The notes below the pieces were generated by a model, which saw only the letters and a list, made by a program, of their open reading frames with translations, ran no database searches and had not been told where the DNA came from. A program made the position numbers and the translations under genes. Shown here piece after piece: positions 21,664 to 32,734 of a stretch of DNA of 64,000 nucleotides. The stretch spans positions 99,861 through 163,860 of the forward strand of contig RQSC01000062.1 in NCBI GenBank assembly GCA_013416795.1, given 5' to 3'. Source of the DNA: Prasinococcaceae sp. CCMP 1430. Lineage: Eukaryota; Plantae; Prasinodermophyta. Position 1 is the stretch's first letter. Each line of letters opens with the position of its first letter.

Positions 21664-23250
21664 CTACTCTGAGCCTGGCTCCCCCGCGACAAGTTCTGGC
21701 GGCAGCTCGAGCTCCTCTTGCTCCACATTGTCTGCAAGCGCTTGCCGCTGCTCGGCCTCGCGCGCGGCTTCCACTTTCTGCACGACCTCGGGTGGCGCTT
21801 TGGCGAGCGTTGCAGCCGCGATGGTGTCCTCGGTAATGGCCTCGAGTAGGGCCTCATCCCCGCGCAATGCCTCAACGCAATTGTCCTTGCCCTGCCCGAT
21901 GTTGGTGCCCTGGTAGGCGTACCACGCGCCCTTGCGCTGAACGACGCTATTCTCTACGGCGGCCTGCAGAACAGATCCGACCGAGTCGATGCCACGGTCG
22001 AAAAGGATGTCCAGCTCGGCGACGCGATATGGGAAAGCCACCTTGTTCTTGGCTGCGGACACAATAGAGTTGCGCGATGATGAGTTGCGCGGGGTGTGCG
22101 AGGGTCAGCGCCGGGCGCCGAGCGCAAGACGGCGTCTTGACGTGTGGCATTCGCACGTTCCACACGCGCAGCGCTCCTGTAGACAAAGCAATAATCATCG
22201 GGCACACGCGCATCGCTTCGCGCACGCGCACGCACCGATCTTGACGCGAACCCTGATACCCGGCGAGGTTGAGTCCCTCGCTGCTCCCGTGCCCCCACCC
22301 TCGCCCCTGATGACCTCCGTGCGTCTGATGTCCATGCGCACGCTCGCGTAGAATTTGAGCGCGTTGCCGCCCGTCGTGACCTCAGGATTGCCGTAGATGA
22401 CGCCCACCTTTTGCCTGAGCTGGTTGAGGAAAATGATGGTGCAATCTGCCTTGTACGCGTTCGAGGCGATTTTGCGCAGCGCCTGGCTCATGAGGCGCGC
22501 GTGTGCGCCGACCTGAAAGAGGCCGATCTCGCCTTCGATCTCTGCGCGCGGCGTGAGCGCGGCGACCGAGTCCACCACGATCAGGTCGACAGCGGAGGAG
22601 CGCGCCAACTGGTCGACCACCTCGAGCGCCATTTCACCGCTCTCCGGTTGGCACACGACCAGGTCAGAGATGTCAAGTCCGCACGTCTCCGCCCATGCTG
22701 GGTCGAACGCGTGCTCGGCGTCGATGAACGCGACCGTCTGATTCTCATCCTGCGCAGCGGCGAGGCAGTTCAGCGCGAGCGTCGTCTTGCCGCTCGACTC
22801 GGGGCCGTAGAGTTCAACGACTGTCGCAAGGCGGTGCATCTGCGGTCAGCGGCGGCGGCGGCGGGGGATGTTGAGATATCGGCGCGCTGAGGCGCGTGGC
22901 GCTCGAGCGGGCGGTGCGCGGGCGGCGAGCTCACGGCACGTACTTCTTCCCCGCGGCAGCCCGCCGCCGAGCGCAAGGTCGAGGTTCAGCGCCCCGGTCG
23001 ATGTCGTCCGCACCGACGCGGCGGCGGCCGCCTCATCCATCACCATGATGGATCCCTTGCCGTAGGCCCCTTCTATTTCGCTCAGCACCTTGTTCAGCGC
23101 CGCCTTGCGCCCGTCTGTGGCGCCGGCGCCCCCCTTGGCCTTGGCGGCGCACGCGGGCTGCGCGCGCTGCGCGCGCCGCGAGAGGCCCAAGGAACGCCAC
23201 GCGGGCTGCGCCGGCGGGCGCGCGCGCGCTGTGGCACACGGCGGCGTCGC
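21664..23250 (-). CDS. recA: Plastid-type RecA recombinase; introns c.22822-22943 and c.22055-22235; start codon unresolved
   Basis: [26 protein letters not shown]|[64 protein letters not shown]. Confidence 0.95.
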
Positions 23251-23464
23251 CTCGTCGGCGCACCCGGAAAAAATCCCGCGCGGGCGCGGGCGCCCGGGTG
23301 CGTTTTGACCAGTTTTTCGATGTAGGGTCTGTCTAGTCGATTTGTGGTATGCGAATGAATATTGTTTTGTCACGCCCCAGACGGTCTGAGGTTGGGGGGT
23401 AGTCGATACCCAAACACACACGCGGCACTCTACAGGCGGAGCACGAGATGCGAAATTCGGGCGC

Positions 23465-24733
23465 GTGCGTCGGTGCAGTGGCGGCTCCGTGCCTGCCGAC
23501 CGAGCGTTTAAATCTGAACGAACCCTCACGGTGATTCAGATTTGGCGCGCGCTGGCCGCGGGCCGGGGGCGTCCAGCGCTGCAGGCTGGGTCGTTGCTCC
23601 AGTCTCGAGAGGCGGGAGCGCAATCTGGGATCCGGCGGGCCTTGGCAGAATATCTCCTGTGCACACGCACGCTGGCTGTTGGCCATGGCATAAGCACGCC
23701 ACACGGCACTCGCTGCTCGTTGCCACTGCCCCCCCCTTCCCCTCCCTGCTCCTCACACTCCCCCGCGCACGCCTTCCCTCGAACGGCCGTCCGCCCGCCC
23801 GCCCGGTGCGCGCGAGCTGCGGGGTCTGAATCGCGGCGGGGCCGGGGCGGCGCCGCGCGGCGCCTACGGGGGCAATCGGGTTTCGGGGCGGCGGCGAGTG
23901 CGGCGCACGCAGGCGGCCGCGTCGATTCCCCCCCGGGGGAGAGCGCGGCCGCGCACGCCGAGAAGGACTCGGAGGTCGTGCAGGCGTCGGCACTCGAGTG
24001 GCTGCTCGCGGTGGCAGGCGTCGACAAGCGCGCCGTCCCCGCCGGGACTACGTTCGAGGACGCCATCGACAACGGGAAGCTGCTGCACCACGCCTCGTCG
24101 GTCGTGCTCGACCGCCTGTACAAGAGGAAGCCCGCCGGCCCGCTGAGGTCAAACGTTGACTTTCTCAGGCCCACGAACTCGTCGTTCTGGGAAAATCGCG
24201 CCGCCTTCGCCGATGTCGAGGCGTTCCTCACCACCGCGGTGAGCATCGGCGTTTCGAGCGAAGACCTGTGCACGGCAGCGGACATCATGGAACACAAGGA
24301 TCCGCGCAGGGTGGCTTTGACGGTGCTGGCACTGTACCAGGCGGCCGTTCGGAAGGGTGTCGGCGGCCTGCCGAGGTTTGCGGGTGAGCGTGGCGACATG
24401 TCCACCCAGCACATCGAGAACATGCGCGACCGTATTTGGAGGGTGAACTCTGATCTGAACAACGGCACCGACATGCAGGATGAGAACAAGCACAAGGGTG
24501 GCGCGGGCAGGTGGCTGCGAAGAGCGCTGGTTGTGCTGACAGCGGGCGGGCTGGGGGCGGCCGGGTGGTCGAAGTGTCGCCCCCTCGACATTAAAGAGGG
24601 TGACACTCTGTGGGAATTGGCGCAGCGGCACCTCGGCGAGGGGAAACGGTACCAGAGGTTCCTCGACAAAAACCCGGAGCTCATCGCGCACCCCGATCTC
24701 ATTTTCCCTGGCGATCGCGTTCGCCAGGTGTGA
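23465..24733 (+). CDS. Calponin-homology + TM + LysM protein; 5' end unresolved (open frame given)
   Basis: CH: [62 protein letters not shown]: [15 protein letters not shown]. LysM: [44 protein letters not shown]. Confidence 0.8.
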   Translation: MRRCSGGSVPADRAFKSERTLTVIQIWRALAAGRGRPALQAGSLLQSREAGAQSGIRRALAEYLLCTRTLAVGHGISTPHGTRCSLPLPPPSPPCSSHSPAHAFPRTAVRPPARCARAAGSESRRGRGGAARRLRGQSGFGAAASAAHAGGRVDSPPGESAAAHAEKDSEVVQASALEWLLAVAGVDKRAVPAGTTFEDAIDNGKLLHHASSVVLDRLYKRKPAGPLRSNVDFLRPTNSSFWENRAAFADVEAFLTTAVSIGVSSEDLCTAADIMEHKDPRRVALTVLALYQAAVRKGVGGLPRFAGERGDMSTQHIENMRDRIWRVNSDLNNGTDMQDENKHKGGAGRWLRRALVVLTAGGLGAAGWSKCRPLDIKEGDTLWELAQRHLGEGKRYQRFLDKNPELIAHPDLIFPGDRVRQV

Positions 24734-24881
24734 GTGCGAAGGGCGCATGGGTCGCGCTTGGGGCTCCGGGGACCGCCCCTCGCGCGGGCCGTAGGTGGGC
24801 GTCGCGCGCGGGCACGTGCGACCCGACTGTAATAGGTTAGAAAGTCTCATACATAGGTTGCGCGTTCAAGTGCGGCGCGGC

Positions 24882-27011
24882 TCACCAGCGCGCCGCGGCC
24901 TGTGAGGCATAGTCCGCCTGCAAGTGCGAAAGCGCGCCGTGCTCGGCGTGCTCCTTGAGGGAATCCCACGAGCGCTGTTCGGCAATGTGCCCGACCCCTG
25001 TCTCCGTGAGCATCGTGTCTGCGAGGGTCCCGAATTTCGCGTTGGCCTGCGCCAGAATGCGTCCGCGTGCCAGGAACCCACAGCCGCGGGTGAGCAAGCC
25101 CGACCTCACCAGCGCCTTTCCCTGGAGCCGCCGCCTCGCCATCTCCATGTCTGCGGCGTGGCTCTCGCACTCGGCGCGGGGGGGCAGGTAGCCGACGGCG
25201 TGCGCGGTCTGCGCCAGCGCTTGGGCGTCGAGTGCGCAAAGCCGCCTGAGGCCGAATGTCAAGTGCGCAGTCTCCTTGCCGCACTCGGCACGCGCGGCCG
25301 CCGCCGTGAGCGCCGCTGGCGTGCACGGAGGTGGCCGACGCTTCCTTGGGGGCGGCGTGAAGTCCTGCGCAGGTGCGCGCTTGCCGACCGCTTTATTTTG
25401 CTTCTTGTCCTTCGTTGCCGCCTTGGCAGTCTTGGCTGGTGCCTTCGCAGGCAAGGCTGCCTTCACGGGCGTGCTGGCCACACGCCCCGACCTGCGCACA
25501 GGGGCGCTCGACGCCAGCGGCGGCCTGCTTTTATCTGTCCCGTGCGGACGCGTGGGCTCACCCCCCTTCTCCCCTCGCTGCCGCTCCACTTCCCCACGCT
25601 GCCGCCGCCGCTGCTGCTGCCGCTCTTGTTCCTGCTCCTCCTCCTCCTCCTCCTCCTCTTCCTGCTGCCGCTGCTGCTGCGCGCGAGGTTCCTGCGGCGA
25701 CGACGGCATGGCTTCATCGCAATGCAGCGACACGCCCGCAGACGGTCCCGCCATCGCCTGAGCCGGCGCGCGTGGAGCGGTCGGCGGGGTCGCCCCACGC
25801 ACCGCAACGGACACTGCCGGCGTTGGCGTGTCCACTGCCGCCAACAGTGGTGTGCCGGGGGACCCGACACCAGCGAACGCCGCCGCGCCTGGCAGGCGCG
25901 CAGCCGGAGTTCCCATGGCCGCAGCTGCAGCGGCGGCGCCTTTAGTGGTGCAATCGCGGGGCTGCTCGGAGGGTGCGGCTGAGGCGGCCGAAGCGCCGTG
26001 GCCCGGCGTGGCCGGCACCTGTGCAGCCGGAGGCGCAGCAGCATCAGCCCCGCGGCGAGTAACAGGGAGGTCATTCTCCTTGTCAGCAGGCTCCGCCGCG
26101 GCCTTCGCCCGCTGCTTGTGCTGCTTCCCCTGATGCGCTTCCCGGCTCTGCGCGGCGTCCAGCAGTGGCGCGGACGCCTTGGGCTGCTTGACCTCCGGCG
26201 ACGCCTTGGGCGAGGCCGCTTTCGCCTCCTCGCTATCCTCTGCCGCCGAATTAGAGGCCTTCTCCTCGCTCTCGTGGGCGGCCCGCTCCGCTGGCTTCGG
26301 CGTCGTCTGCCTCTCTGCCGCCTGCGCGGCGGCCGGCGCAGGACGGGGTGCCGGCGCTGCGGACTTCTTCTCCTTCTCGGCTACCTTCGGCCACACTCCC
26401 TTCGCCGCGCCCGGCGCGAGCAGTCCCTTGGCGACCATGTCCTTGAAGAGCTTTTTGCATTGTGCGCCCGTCCTGCCTGGCACGTGCATGCTGAAGAAGC
26501 CCCAGCGCGCCCCCTTGCCTGCGCCCGGTGGGCGCTCCTTGAGCGCGCTGACGAACCCTTGCTTTTCGGCGGCGCTCCATGCGCCGGCGACCTCCTTCTC
26601 GCCCGGCGCGCAGTAGCGCTCATAGAAGGCGTTGGGATCGGTGGGGATGAGCTTTAGCCACGCCTGCTGCCTGTCGCTACCCCACGAGCCGAACTCGGGC
26701 GGCTTGTACGTCTCCATGGGCGCCGCCGACGAAGCGGCCGCCGCGCCGCGCTTCGCCGGCGTGCCATGCTGCCCCGCGGCGGCCGCCGCGCTGCCGTCAC
26801 TTGCGCGGCGCTTCTTCTCGGGCGTGCGGTGGGTCCTCTTTTCCCTCTCGGACACCCCAGCCTTGGGCCCCTCGCCTCTCCTCCCCGCGCCCGCGCCGCT
26901 CGCCGCCGCGGCCTCCTGCATGCTCTGCTGCATGACGAGCGCGAGCTGCTGTCGCTCGGTCAGCCGCACGCCCGACCGCGCGAGCGCGGCGAGGTCGTCC
27001 GTCGTGACCAT
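24882..27011 (-). CDS. Myb/SANT-like domain protein with N-terminal UIM-like helix
   Basis: WSAAEKQGFVSALKERPPG..RWGFFSMHVPGRTGAQCKKLF; LTERQQLALVMQQSM. Confidence 0.7.
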   Translation of the reverse strand: MVTTDDLAALARSGVRLTERQQLALVMQQSMQEAAAASGAGAGRRGEGPKAGVSEREKRTHRTPEKKRRASDGSAAAAAGQHGTPAKRGAAAASSAAPMETYKPPEFGSWGSDRQQAWLKLIPTDPNAFYERYCAPGEKEVAGAWSAAEKQGFVSALKERPPGAGKGARWGFFSMHVPGRTGAQCKKLFKDMVAKGLLAPGAAKGVWPKVAEKEKKSAAPAPRPAPAAAQAAERQTTPKPAERAAHESEEKASNSAAEDSEEAKAASPKASPEVKQPKASAPLLDAAQSREAHQGKQHKQRAKAAAEPADKENDLPVTRRGADAAAPPAAQVPATPGHGASAASAAPSEQPRDCTTKGAAAAAAAMGTPAARLPGAAAFAGVGSPGTPLLAAVDTPTPAVSVAVRGATPPTAPRAPAQAMAGPSAGVSLHCDEAMPSSPQEPRAQQQRQQEEEEEEEEEQEQERQQQRRRQRGEVERQRGEKGGEPTRPHGTDKSRPPLASSAPVRRSGRVASTPVKAALPAKAPAKTAKAATKDKKQNKAVGKRAPAQDFTPPPRKRRPPPCTPAALTAAAARAECGKETAHLTFGLRRLCALDAQALAQTAHAVGYLPPRAECESHAADMEMARRRLQGKALVRSGLLTRGCGFLARGRILAQANAKFGTLADTMLTETGVGHIAEQRSWDSLKEHAEHGALSHLQADYASQAAARW

Positions 27012-27080
27012 CGCGGCCGCGCGCCCGGCTCGCGACGAGGCCCTCCGATTCCCCTCCCCCGCCGCCTCCCCTCCCGCCCG

Positions 27081-27190
27081 NNNNNNNNNNNNNNNNNNNN
27101 NNNNNNNNNNNNNNNNNNNNNNNNNNNNNNNNNNNNNNNNNNNNNNNNNNNNNNNNNNNNNNNNNNNNNNNNNNNNNNNNNNNNNNNNNN
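27081..27190. other. Assembly gap (110 N)
   Basis: N run. Confidence 1.
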
Positions 27191-28143
27191 CCGCGCGCGC
27201 CGCGCGGCCGGGGGCGTCGCGCGTCGCGGTGGGCCAGATGACCGCGACCAACGACGCCGAGGCCAACTTCGCAACGTGCTCCGACCTTGCCGCGCGCGCC
27301 GCGGCCGCAGGGGCGAGCCTGTTGTGCCTGCCCGAGTGCTTCGCCTTCATAGGCGCGCGCTCGGGCGAGGCGCAGGCGATGGCCGAGCCGCTCGACGGGC
27401 CGCTCATGTCGCGCTACGCAGAGCTCGCGAGGAGCACCGGGCTCTGGCTGTCCCTCGGCGGCTTCCAGGAGGCGCCCACCAAACCCGACCCCGAAGGGCG
27501 CATCTACAACACGCACGTCGTGCTCAGCCCCGACGGCGGCACGCGCGGCGCGTACCGCAAGATTCACCTCTTCGACGCGCCGTTCGTGAGCCTCGTGGAG
27601 AGCAAGCAGGCGCTCCCAGGTGAGGAGCTCGTGGCAGTGGACTCGCCCGTCGGACGGCTGGGGCTCAGCGTCTGTTATGACGTGCGCTTTCCAGAGCTGT
27701 ATCAGGCGCTCAAGTTCGGCATGGGATGCGACGTGCTGCTCGTGCCCGCCGCGTTCACCGTGCCGACGGGCCAGGCGCACTGGGAGCTGCTGCTCCGAGC
27801 GCGCGCCGTTGAGAACCAGGCGTACGTCATCGCCGCCGCGCAGGCGGGCATGCACAACGAGGACGGCAACAGGCGCACGAGCTACGGCCATGCCATGATC
27901 ATCGACCCGTGGGGTGAGGTGGTCGCCAAGCTCGACGACCCCGTCGGCACCGGCATCGCCGTCGCCGACATCGACGTGGCGGGCCGCCTCGAGGAGCTCG
28001 AGCAAAAGATGCCCCTCGCGGTTCACAGGAAGTACGACATTTACGGCGGCGTGAGCGGCAGCGAGAAAGCCAGGGAAGCCGCCGCGATGCTGGACGCGTA
28101 CAAGAACAATGTCGACCAGGCGACGCTTGAGCTCAACGGCTGA
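27191..28143 (+). CDS. NIT1: Carbon-nitrogen hydrolase, NIT1-like deaminated glutathione amidase; start lies in the gap
   Basis: RVAVGQMT, LCLPECF (Glu), YRKIHLFD (Lys), GLSVCYDVRFPEL (Cys), AHWELLLRARAVENQ, SYGHAMIIDPWG. Confidence 0.9.
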
Positions 28144-28184
28144 GGGCGCGCGCTACAGCGCTCTGATAAACCTTCGACGGCGTA

Positions 28185-29642
28185 TTAAATAAATGTCATG
28201 CCGCCGTCGCTCTCGGCGCTCGTCGCGCCCTCGCTGACCGGTCCGGCTGCCGCAGTGCGCGGCGGGCCTGCCGTGTGTCGCCTCAGGCGGTCGTCCGTGC
28301 GCAGCGCAACATCCTCGCCTTCGCGCGCCATCGCCATGAACATCGAGCGCGGCGCCTCGTCGCTGTTGATGTCAGCGAGGCCGACGTACTGCTCCTCGGT
28401 GCCGGCATCCGCCGGGCCGCACTCCTCGCTTAACTCCGACCGCAGCACCCAGTAGTCGCAAACGAGCCCTGCCGCAGGTGTGAAGGAGCTCTCAATAGCG
28501 GTGAGAGAGCGCATGTGCGCGTATGCCGACACTTCCATGGGGTCCTTTACCCACGCGTCGTGTGGCACCTTCGCGGCGTCCACCTCACACCCATCGCCCG
28601 CCAGCGCGAGAGTCGTGAGCGGCTCGAGCTCACACATACCCGTCAGCTCCTCCGAGAGCGTTCGCGCGTCTCCGCGGTCGGCGTTGCGTGCGACCAGTAG
28701 GCCCACGCCGCGCGAACGGACGCCCGCCACGATGTCGTTCTCGCGCAGCGGGTACTCGACGACGGTGCCGACAGATAGGCCCTTCGCGTCCGTCACGGTC
28801 TCGAACGCGCCGCTCTCGCCCTGCGCCTGCGCAGCCGCAGCCGCGCGTCTGCGCGCGGCTTCGCGCCGGCCCACCTTGCGCGGCTTCTTCGTGAAGTCGA
28901 ACTCGCGCCAGCCCATCTCCGCCCACACCGCCGCGGCATTGCCACGTCCCGCGTCCGCGCCCGCACCCGCACCGTCATGCGCCTTCATGCCCTCGCGCCC
29001 GTGCGCGTCATACAGCGCGCGGCTGCCTGCGTCGCTGAGCACGTCGTATGCGTCCGCCAGGGCGGAGAAAATTTGCGAGGCCGCAGGATCGGCATTCACG
29101 TCTGGGTGCCATTGCTTCGCCAGCGAGCGGTAGGCGGACTTGATCTGCTGCTGCGTGGCGTCGGGCGAGACGCTCAGCAGGCGGTAGAGCTCCGTATGTG
29201 CGGCGCGGCCCTTGACGCGGGCGTCACCCGCGTCGGACGGACGGGCGCCGCCATGCTGCCCCCCCTGACGGCCGTGTACCTGCTTCTGCTGCTGCGCTCG
29301 CGCGCGCTTCTTGGCGTACATCTTGGCGATGATGCTCTCGATGGTGTCGAAGTCCTGCATCCCCTCGGGCGCGTTGTCGTCCGAATCGCCGCGTTCGCCT
29401 TCGGCGCTCAGTTCCCAGCCACCCGCCTCAGCGGCGGCGAGCAGCGCGGATAGCGCTCTGTCACTCACGCCGCGCGCGTCGTCGAGCGCGGGAGCCGATC
29501 CGCGGCACATGGCGAGCACCACGCGCAGGAGCGGCGCGGCGGCGGCCCCGCCATCAGAGGCACCGCATCGCAGCGCCTCGCCCAGGAGCGCCTCGGCCCG
29601 GTCCGCGCACGCGTCGGCAGCGCGACTGTCCGCGGCGCGCAT
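28185..29642 (-). CDS. DnaJ (J-domain) protein; start uncertain
   Basis: LYRLLSVSPDATQQQIKSAYRSLAKQWHPDVN...AYDVLSDAGSRALYD. Confidence 0.85.
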   Translation of the reverse strand: MRAADSRAADACADRAEALLGEALRCGASDGGAAAAPLLRVVLAMCRGSAPALDDARGVSDRALSALLAAAEAGGWELSAEGERGDSDDNAPEGMQDFDTIESIIAKMYAKKRARAQQQKQVHGRQGGQHGGARPSDAGDARVKGRAAHTELYRLLSVSPDATQQQIKSAYRSLAKQWHPDVNADPAASQIFSALADAYDVLSDAGSRALYDAHGREGMKAHDGAGAGADAGRGNAAAVWAEMGWREFDFTKKPRKVGRREAARRRAAAAAQAQGESGAFETVTDAKGLSVGTVVEYPLRENDIVAGVRSRGVGLLVARNADRGDARTLSEELTGMCELEPLTTLALAGDGCEVDAAKVPHDAWVKDPMEVSAYAHMRSLTAIESSFTPAAGLVCDYWVLRSELSEECGPADAGTEEQYVGLADINSDEAPRSMFMAMAREGEDVALRTDDRLRRHTAGPPRTAAAGPVSEGATSAESDGGMTFI

Positions 29643-30136
29643 GGCGCGCGCGGCGGCCGCCGCCACCTCGGCCACCCCGCCAGTTCCATCCCCGCCGCAC
29701 CCGCCCCCGCCGCGCGCGCCGCCACGCTCATCGCGCCCGCCACGCCCGCCGCGCACCCCTCGTGCGCAACACGCCTCGCGACGCAGCGCGCAATGTGTGG
29801 TGCGCCACACGCACGCGGCCGGCGAGACGGAGGGGGGGAGAGGGGAGAGCTCCCTGAGCGGACTCCTGTGAGCTGTGCGTGGGGGTGGGGTGGGTCCGGG
29901 TAGGCGGGTGGTTGGGTGGGAGGGCCCAGAGCGCACGCGTCTCTGCGCGCTTGGATAAGTCCTGCCGTCCAGCGTGCAACTATCCGGCGCGCTTTCCGGC
30001 GAGCGACACCGCCAGCTCAGACCTCCGCGTCGGTGACCCTCGCATCACCAGCCAATGCTCGAGCGTGGCTCGTTCAAACCCGTTGGCGTAATACAGCACA
30101 CGTCCCCACGGGAGATCACTTTTTGAGGTCACGCGC

Positions 30137-31584
30137 ATGCGATGCATGCCGGGCCAGGATCTCAGAGAGACTCCCCAGTCGCGGTGCTGGTCTAGGCGAG
30201 ACCCTCCGAAGGGGCGCGGGGCGAAGGGGCGCGCCGCCGCGCCGTGCTCGCGCGCCCCCGAGTGGGTAGTCGAGCGGCGCAGCAGGGCGCGCCACACCGC
30301 CGCGGTGGACGGGGGGTCGAGCGCAGGCAGCGCAGGTGGCGCGAGGCGGGCGTGAGGCGGGCGGGAGGCAGGCGGGCGGTGGACGCCCGACTCACCAGCT
30401 GCTGCACAACCTGCTGGGTCAGGGCGCGCATCAAAGCGACCCGCGGCGGCGACGTGTGCGTGCTGTGCGCGTCGGCGACGGGGCGCACCGCGCGGGTCGC
30501 CGAGCGCGTCGTCGAGGAGCTGGGGCCGCGTGCCGAGCTCATCGACGCGTGCGATCTCGATGACCCGCTCGCGCTAGGTGCGCGATACCCGGGCGGGCTC
30601 GTCGTGGGAGCGCCGACGTGGGCGACCGCAGCAGCGGCGCTGCGCACCGGCACACCGCTCGACGACGCGCTGTGGACGTTGCGCCGCGCAGCTGCCGCGG
30701 GCGAGCGTCCGTTGGCTCGCGTCGGCTTTGCCGTCTTCGGCTGCGGCGACGCGCGCCAGTGGCCGCTCAACTTCTGCGACGCGCTCGCCGAGATGCACGC
30801 GACGCTCGAAGCTGCGGGTGGGTCCCCGGCGGGCGAGTGGGTTGCGCGGGATGGCGACTACCTGTGCGAAGCGTCGCGGTCGGCGAAAGCCGGGGCGGAC
30901 GGCGCGCTCTCCTTCGTTGGGCTGCCGCTCGACGAGATAAACCAGCCGCATCTGACCGCCGAGCGCGTGCAGAGGTGGGCCGCTCAGGTGCGTGGCGAGC
31001 TCAGCCTGGATGGGCCACCCCACGAGGTCGGAGGATTTGACAGGCCGGCGACGCAACCTTACACCATGGCAGCAGCGAACGCACAGAGTGCGGATGCGGG
31101 CGTGGCGAGCACCGCGCGCGCGAGCGGAGAGGAGCGCGTTGCTGGCTATGCCCCCCTGCTTTTTGGGCGCACGCTGGGCAAAAACTGGTACCAGCTCGGA
31201 GGCGAGGAGGATGCCGCCGCCGGCCGCTGGGTGCGCTTCGACGACGCACACGAGCTGCGCGTCTGCGCCGGCCGGCGAGGGCAGCCCGAGTGGCGGATAC
31301 CCTTCCGCGCGCTCGCAGGCGTTGAGGTGATCGTCGAGCAGGGCAGCAGCGTTGGCGCAGGTCGGTCGAGCGCGTTGGCCGAGACGAGCGGGCTGTCGGA
31401 CGTGCCTGTGACGCTCGCTCTCGCAGTCGATGGCGGTGCCTTCGATGGCAGCGGCGGCCCCGGCGCGTATGGGGACGCTGCGCGCCGCTCGCGCTGGGGG
31501 CGCACGCTCGTCCTGAGAGGAGTGAGCGCCTTCGAAGTGGCGGGGCTGTGCACGCTGCTCAGGTCGAAGGGCGCCCGCGTCTGA
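30137..31584 (+). CDS. Long-chain flavodoxin with about 180-aa C-terminal extension; probable intron 30352-30398
   Basis: ASATGRTARVAE, VVGAPTW, FAVFGCGD..NFCDAL, FVGLPLDEINQPHLTAERVQRW. The phase-2 intron gtgagg...ctcaccag supplies an ATG exon. Confidence 0.75.
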
Positions 31585-31674
31585 TCCGGAACCTGCGCTC
31601 TGTTTATATGTGTAGTAATGAGAATCGTGTGATGGGAATGTGCAGTGAGTCGCCCCTCGCGCCTGCTCGCCTGG

Positions 31675-32169
31675 TCATCTCCTTGCGAGCAGCGTCATGA
31701 CGCGCCGCGCGGCCTCGGCGTGCTTGTCGGCGTCCGCTGCGTGCGTGTCAGGGTCGGTCTTGGCCAGATGCTCCTGAGAAAACACGTCGAACGGGGTGCC
31801 GTGCACCTGCTCGGCGGGAGTGCCGAGCGCATCTGCGCCATTGCCTGCGCCGTACACAGGCACGAGGTGCGCATGGAAGTGCGGGGCCTTGGGCGAGCCG
31901 AGCGCAGCCGTGTAGATTCGCTCTGCGCCCGTCGCCTCGACGATGGCCTGCGAGGCGGTGCGCAACGCTGGGCCGAGCGCGGCAGCCTCCACGTCGTCGA
32001 ACGACGCCGCGTTGAGCACGTGCCTGGCCGTCACGAGCATCATGTGGCCGACGACGCCCACAGGCGCGCGCTTGGCGACCAGCGCGAACGAGCCCGACCC
32101 GTCCCGCCAGAGCACGTCGCCCTTCTCACCGCGCGGGTACGCGCACATGCCGCACGCCGCCGCCGCCAT
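31675..32169 (-). CDS. HIT (histidine triad) family hydrolase; may extend upstream
   Basis: CGMC, GHMMLVTARH, PHFHAHLVP. Confidence 0.85.
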   Translation of the reverse strand: MAAAACGMCAYPRGEKGDVLWRDGSGSFALVAKRAPVGVVGHMMLVTARHVLNAASFDDVEAAALGPALRTASQAIVEATGAERIYTAALGSPKAPHFHAHLVPVYGAGNGADALGTPAEQVHGTPFDVFSQEHLAKTDPDTHAADADKHAEAARRVMTLLARR

Positions 32170-32734
32170 CCCGCGCGGCGTCCCCAGCGGCACCGTCGAC
32201 GCCAGTGCCGATCGATCCCAACGCCAGCGCCCGCAGTGCGCGTGCAGCCACCCGCCGGGGCGAGCGGCGCACGCGCGCACGGCGGGCCGTCTCCTTCTTG
32301 CGCTCGAGCTCCTCCTTGCGCCGCTTGAATTCTTTGTGCATCTGGTCGAGGCGAGGAAAGCGGTACCGCGCCCGCCGCGCCCCGCCACGCGCGCGCCAGC
32401 CCACCGCCGGCGCACTCCGATTCGGCTGCAGCGCAGCGCAAGCGATTTGAGGAGGAAAGCTTCTCACACGTGTGCACTGTGCCATCGTGCTTCAAATTCT
32501 GGTGATTGATGGCCTGGGGGTCAGCAACAAAACTGCGCCGATTTCGCCACTCGGGCCCTCGCCGGCGCGACGCTGCGCGTGCGACGCACGACGCGCGCCT
32601 GCGACTGTGCCACACGGCGCCCTACGCGCGCGTGGACTCTGCTTGCGCCAGCAGGTGGCCGACTGGCGCTGCGGCGCGGCGCGTGAGCGCGGGCGGCCGT
32701 GCAGTGCGCGCGTATCCTCTGGCCGACAGGGGAG

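Noticed and set aside
21664-23250. RecA as bacterial contamination or recent horizontal transfer
   Set aside because: It has spliceosomal introns and a transit-peptide-like leader; nuclear-encoded organellar RecA is standard in the green lineage.
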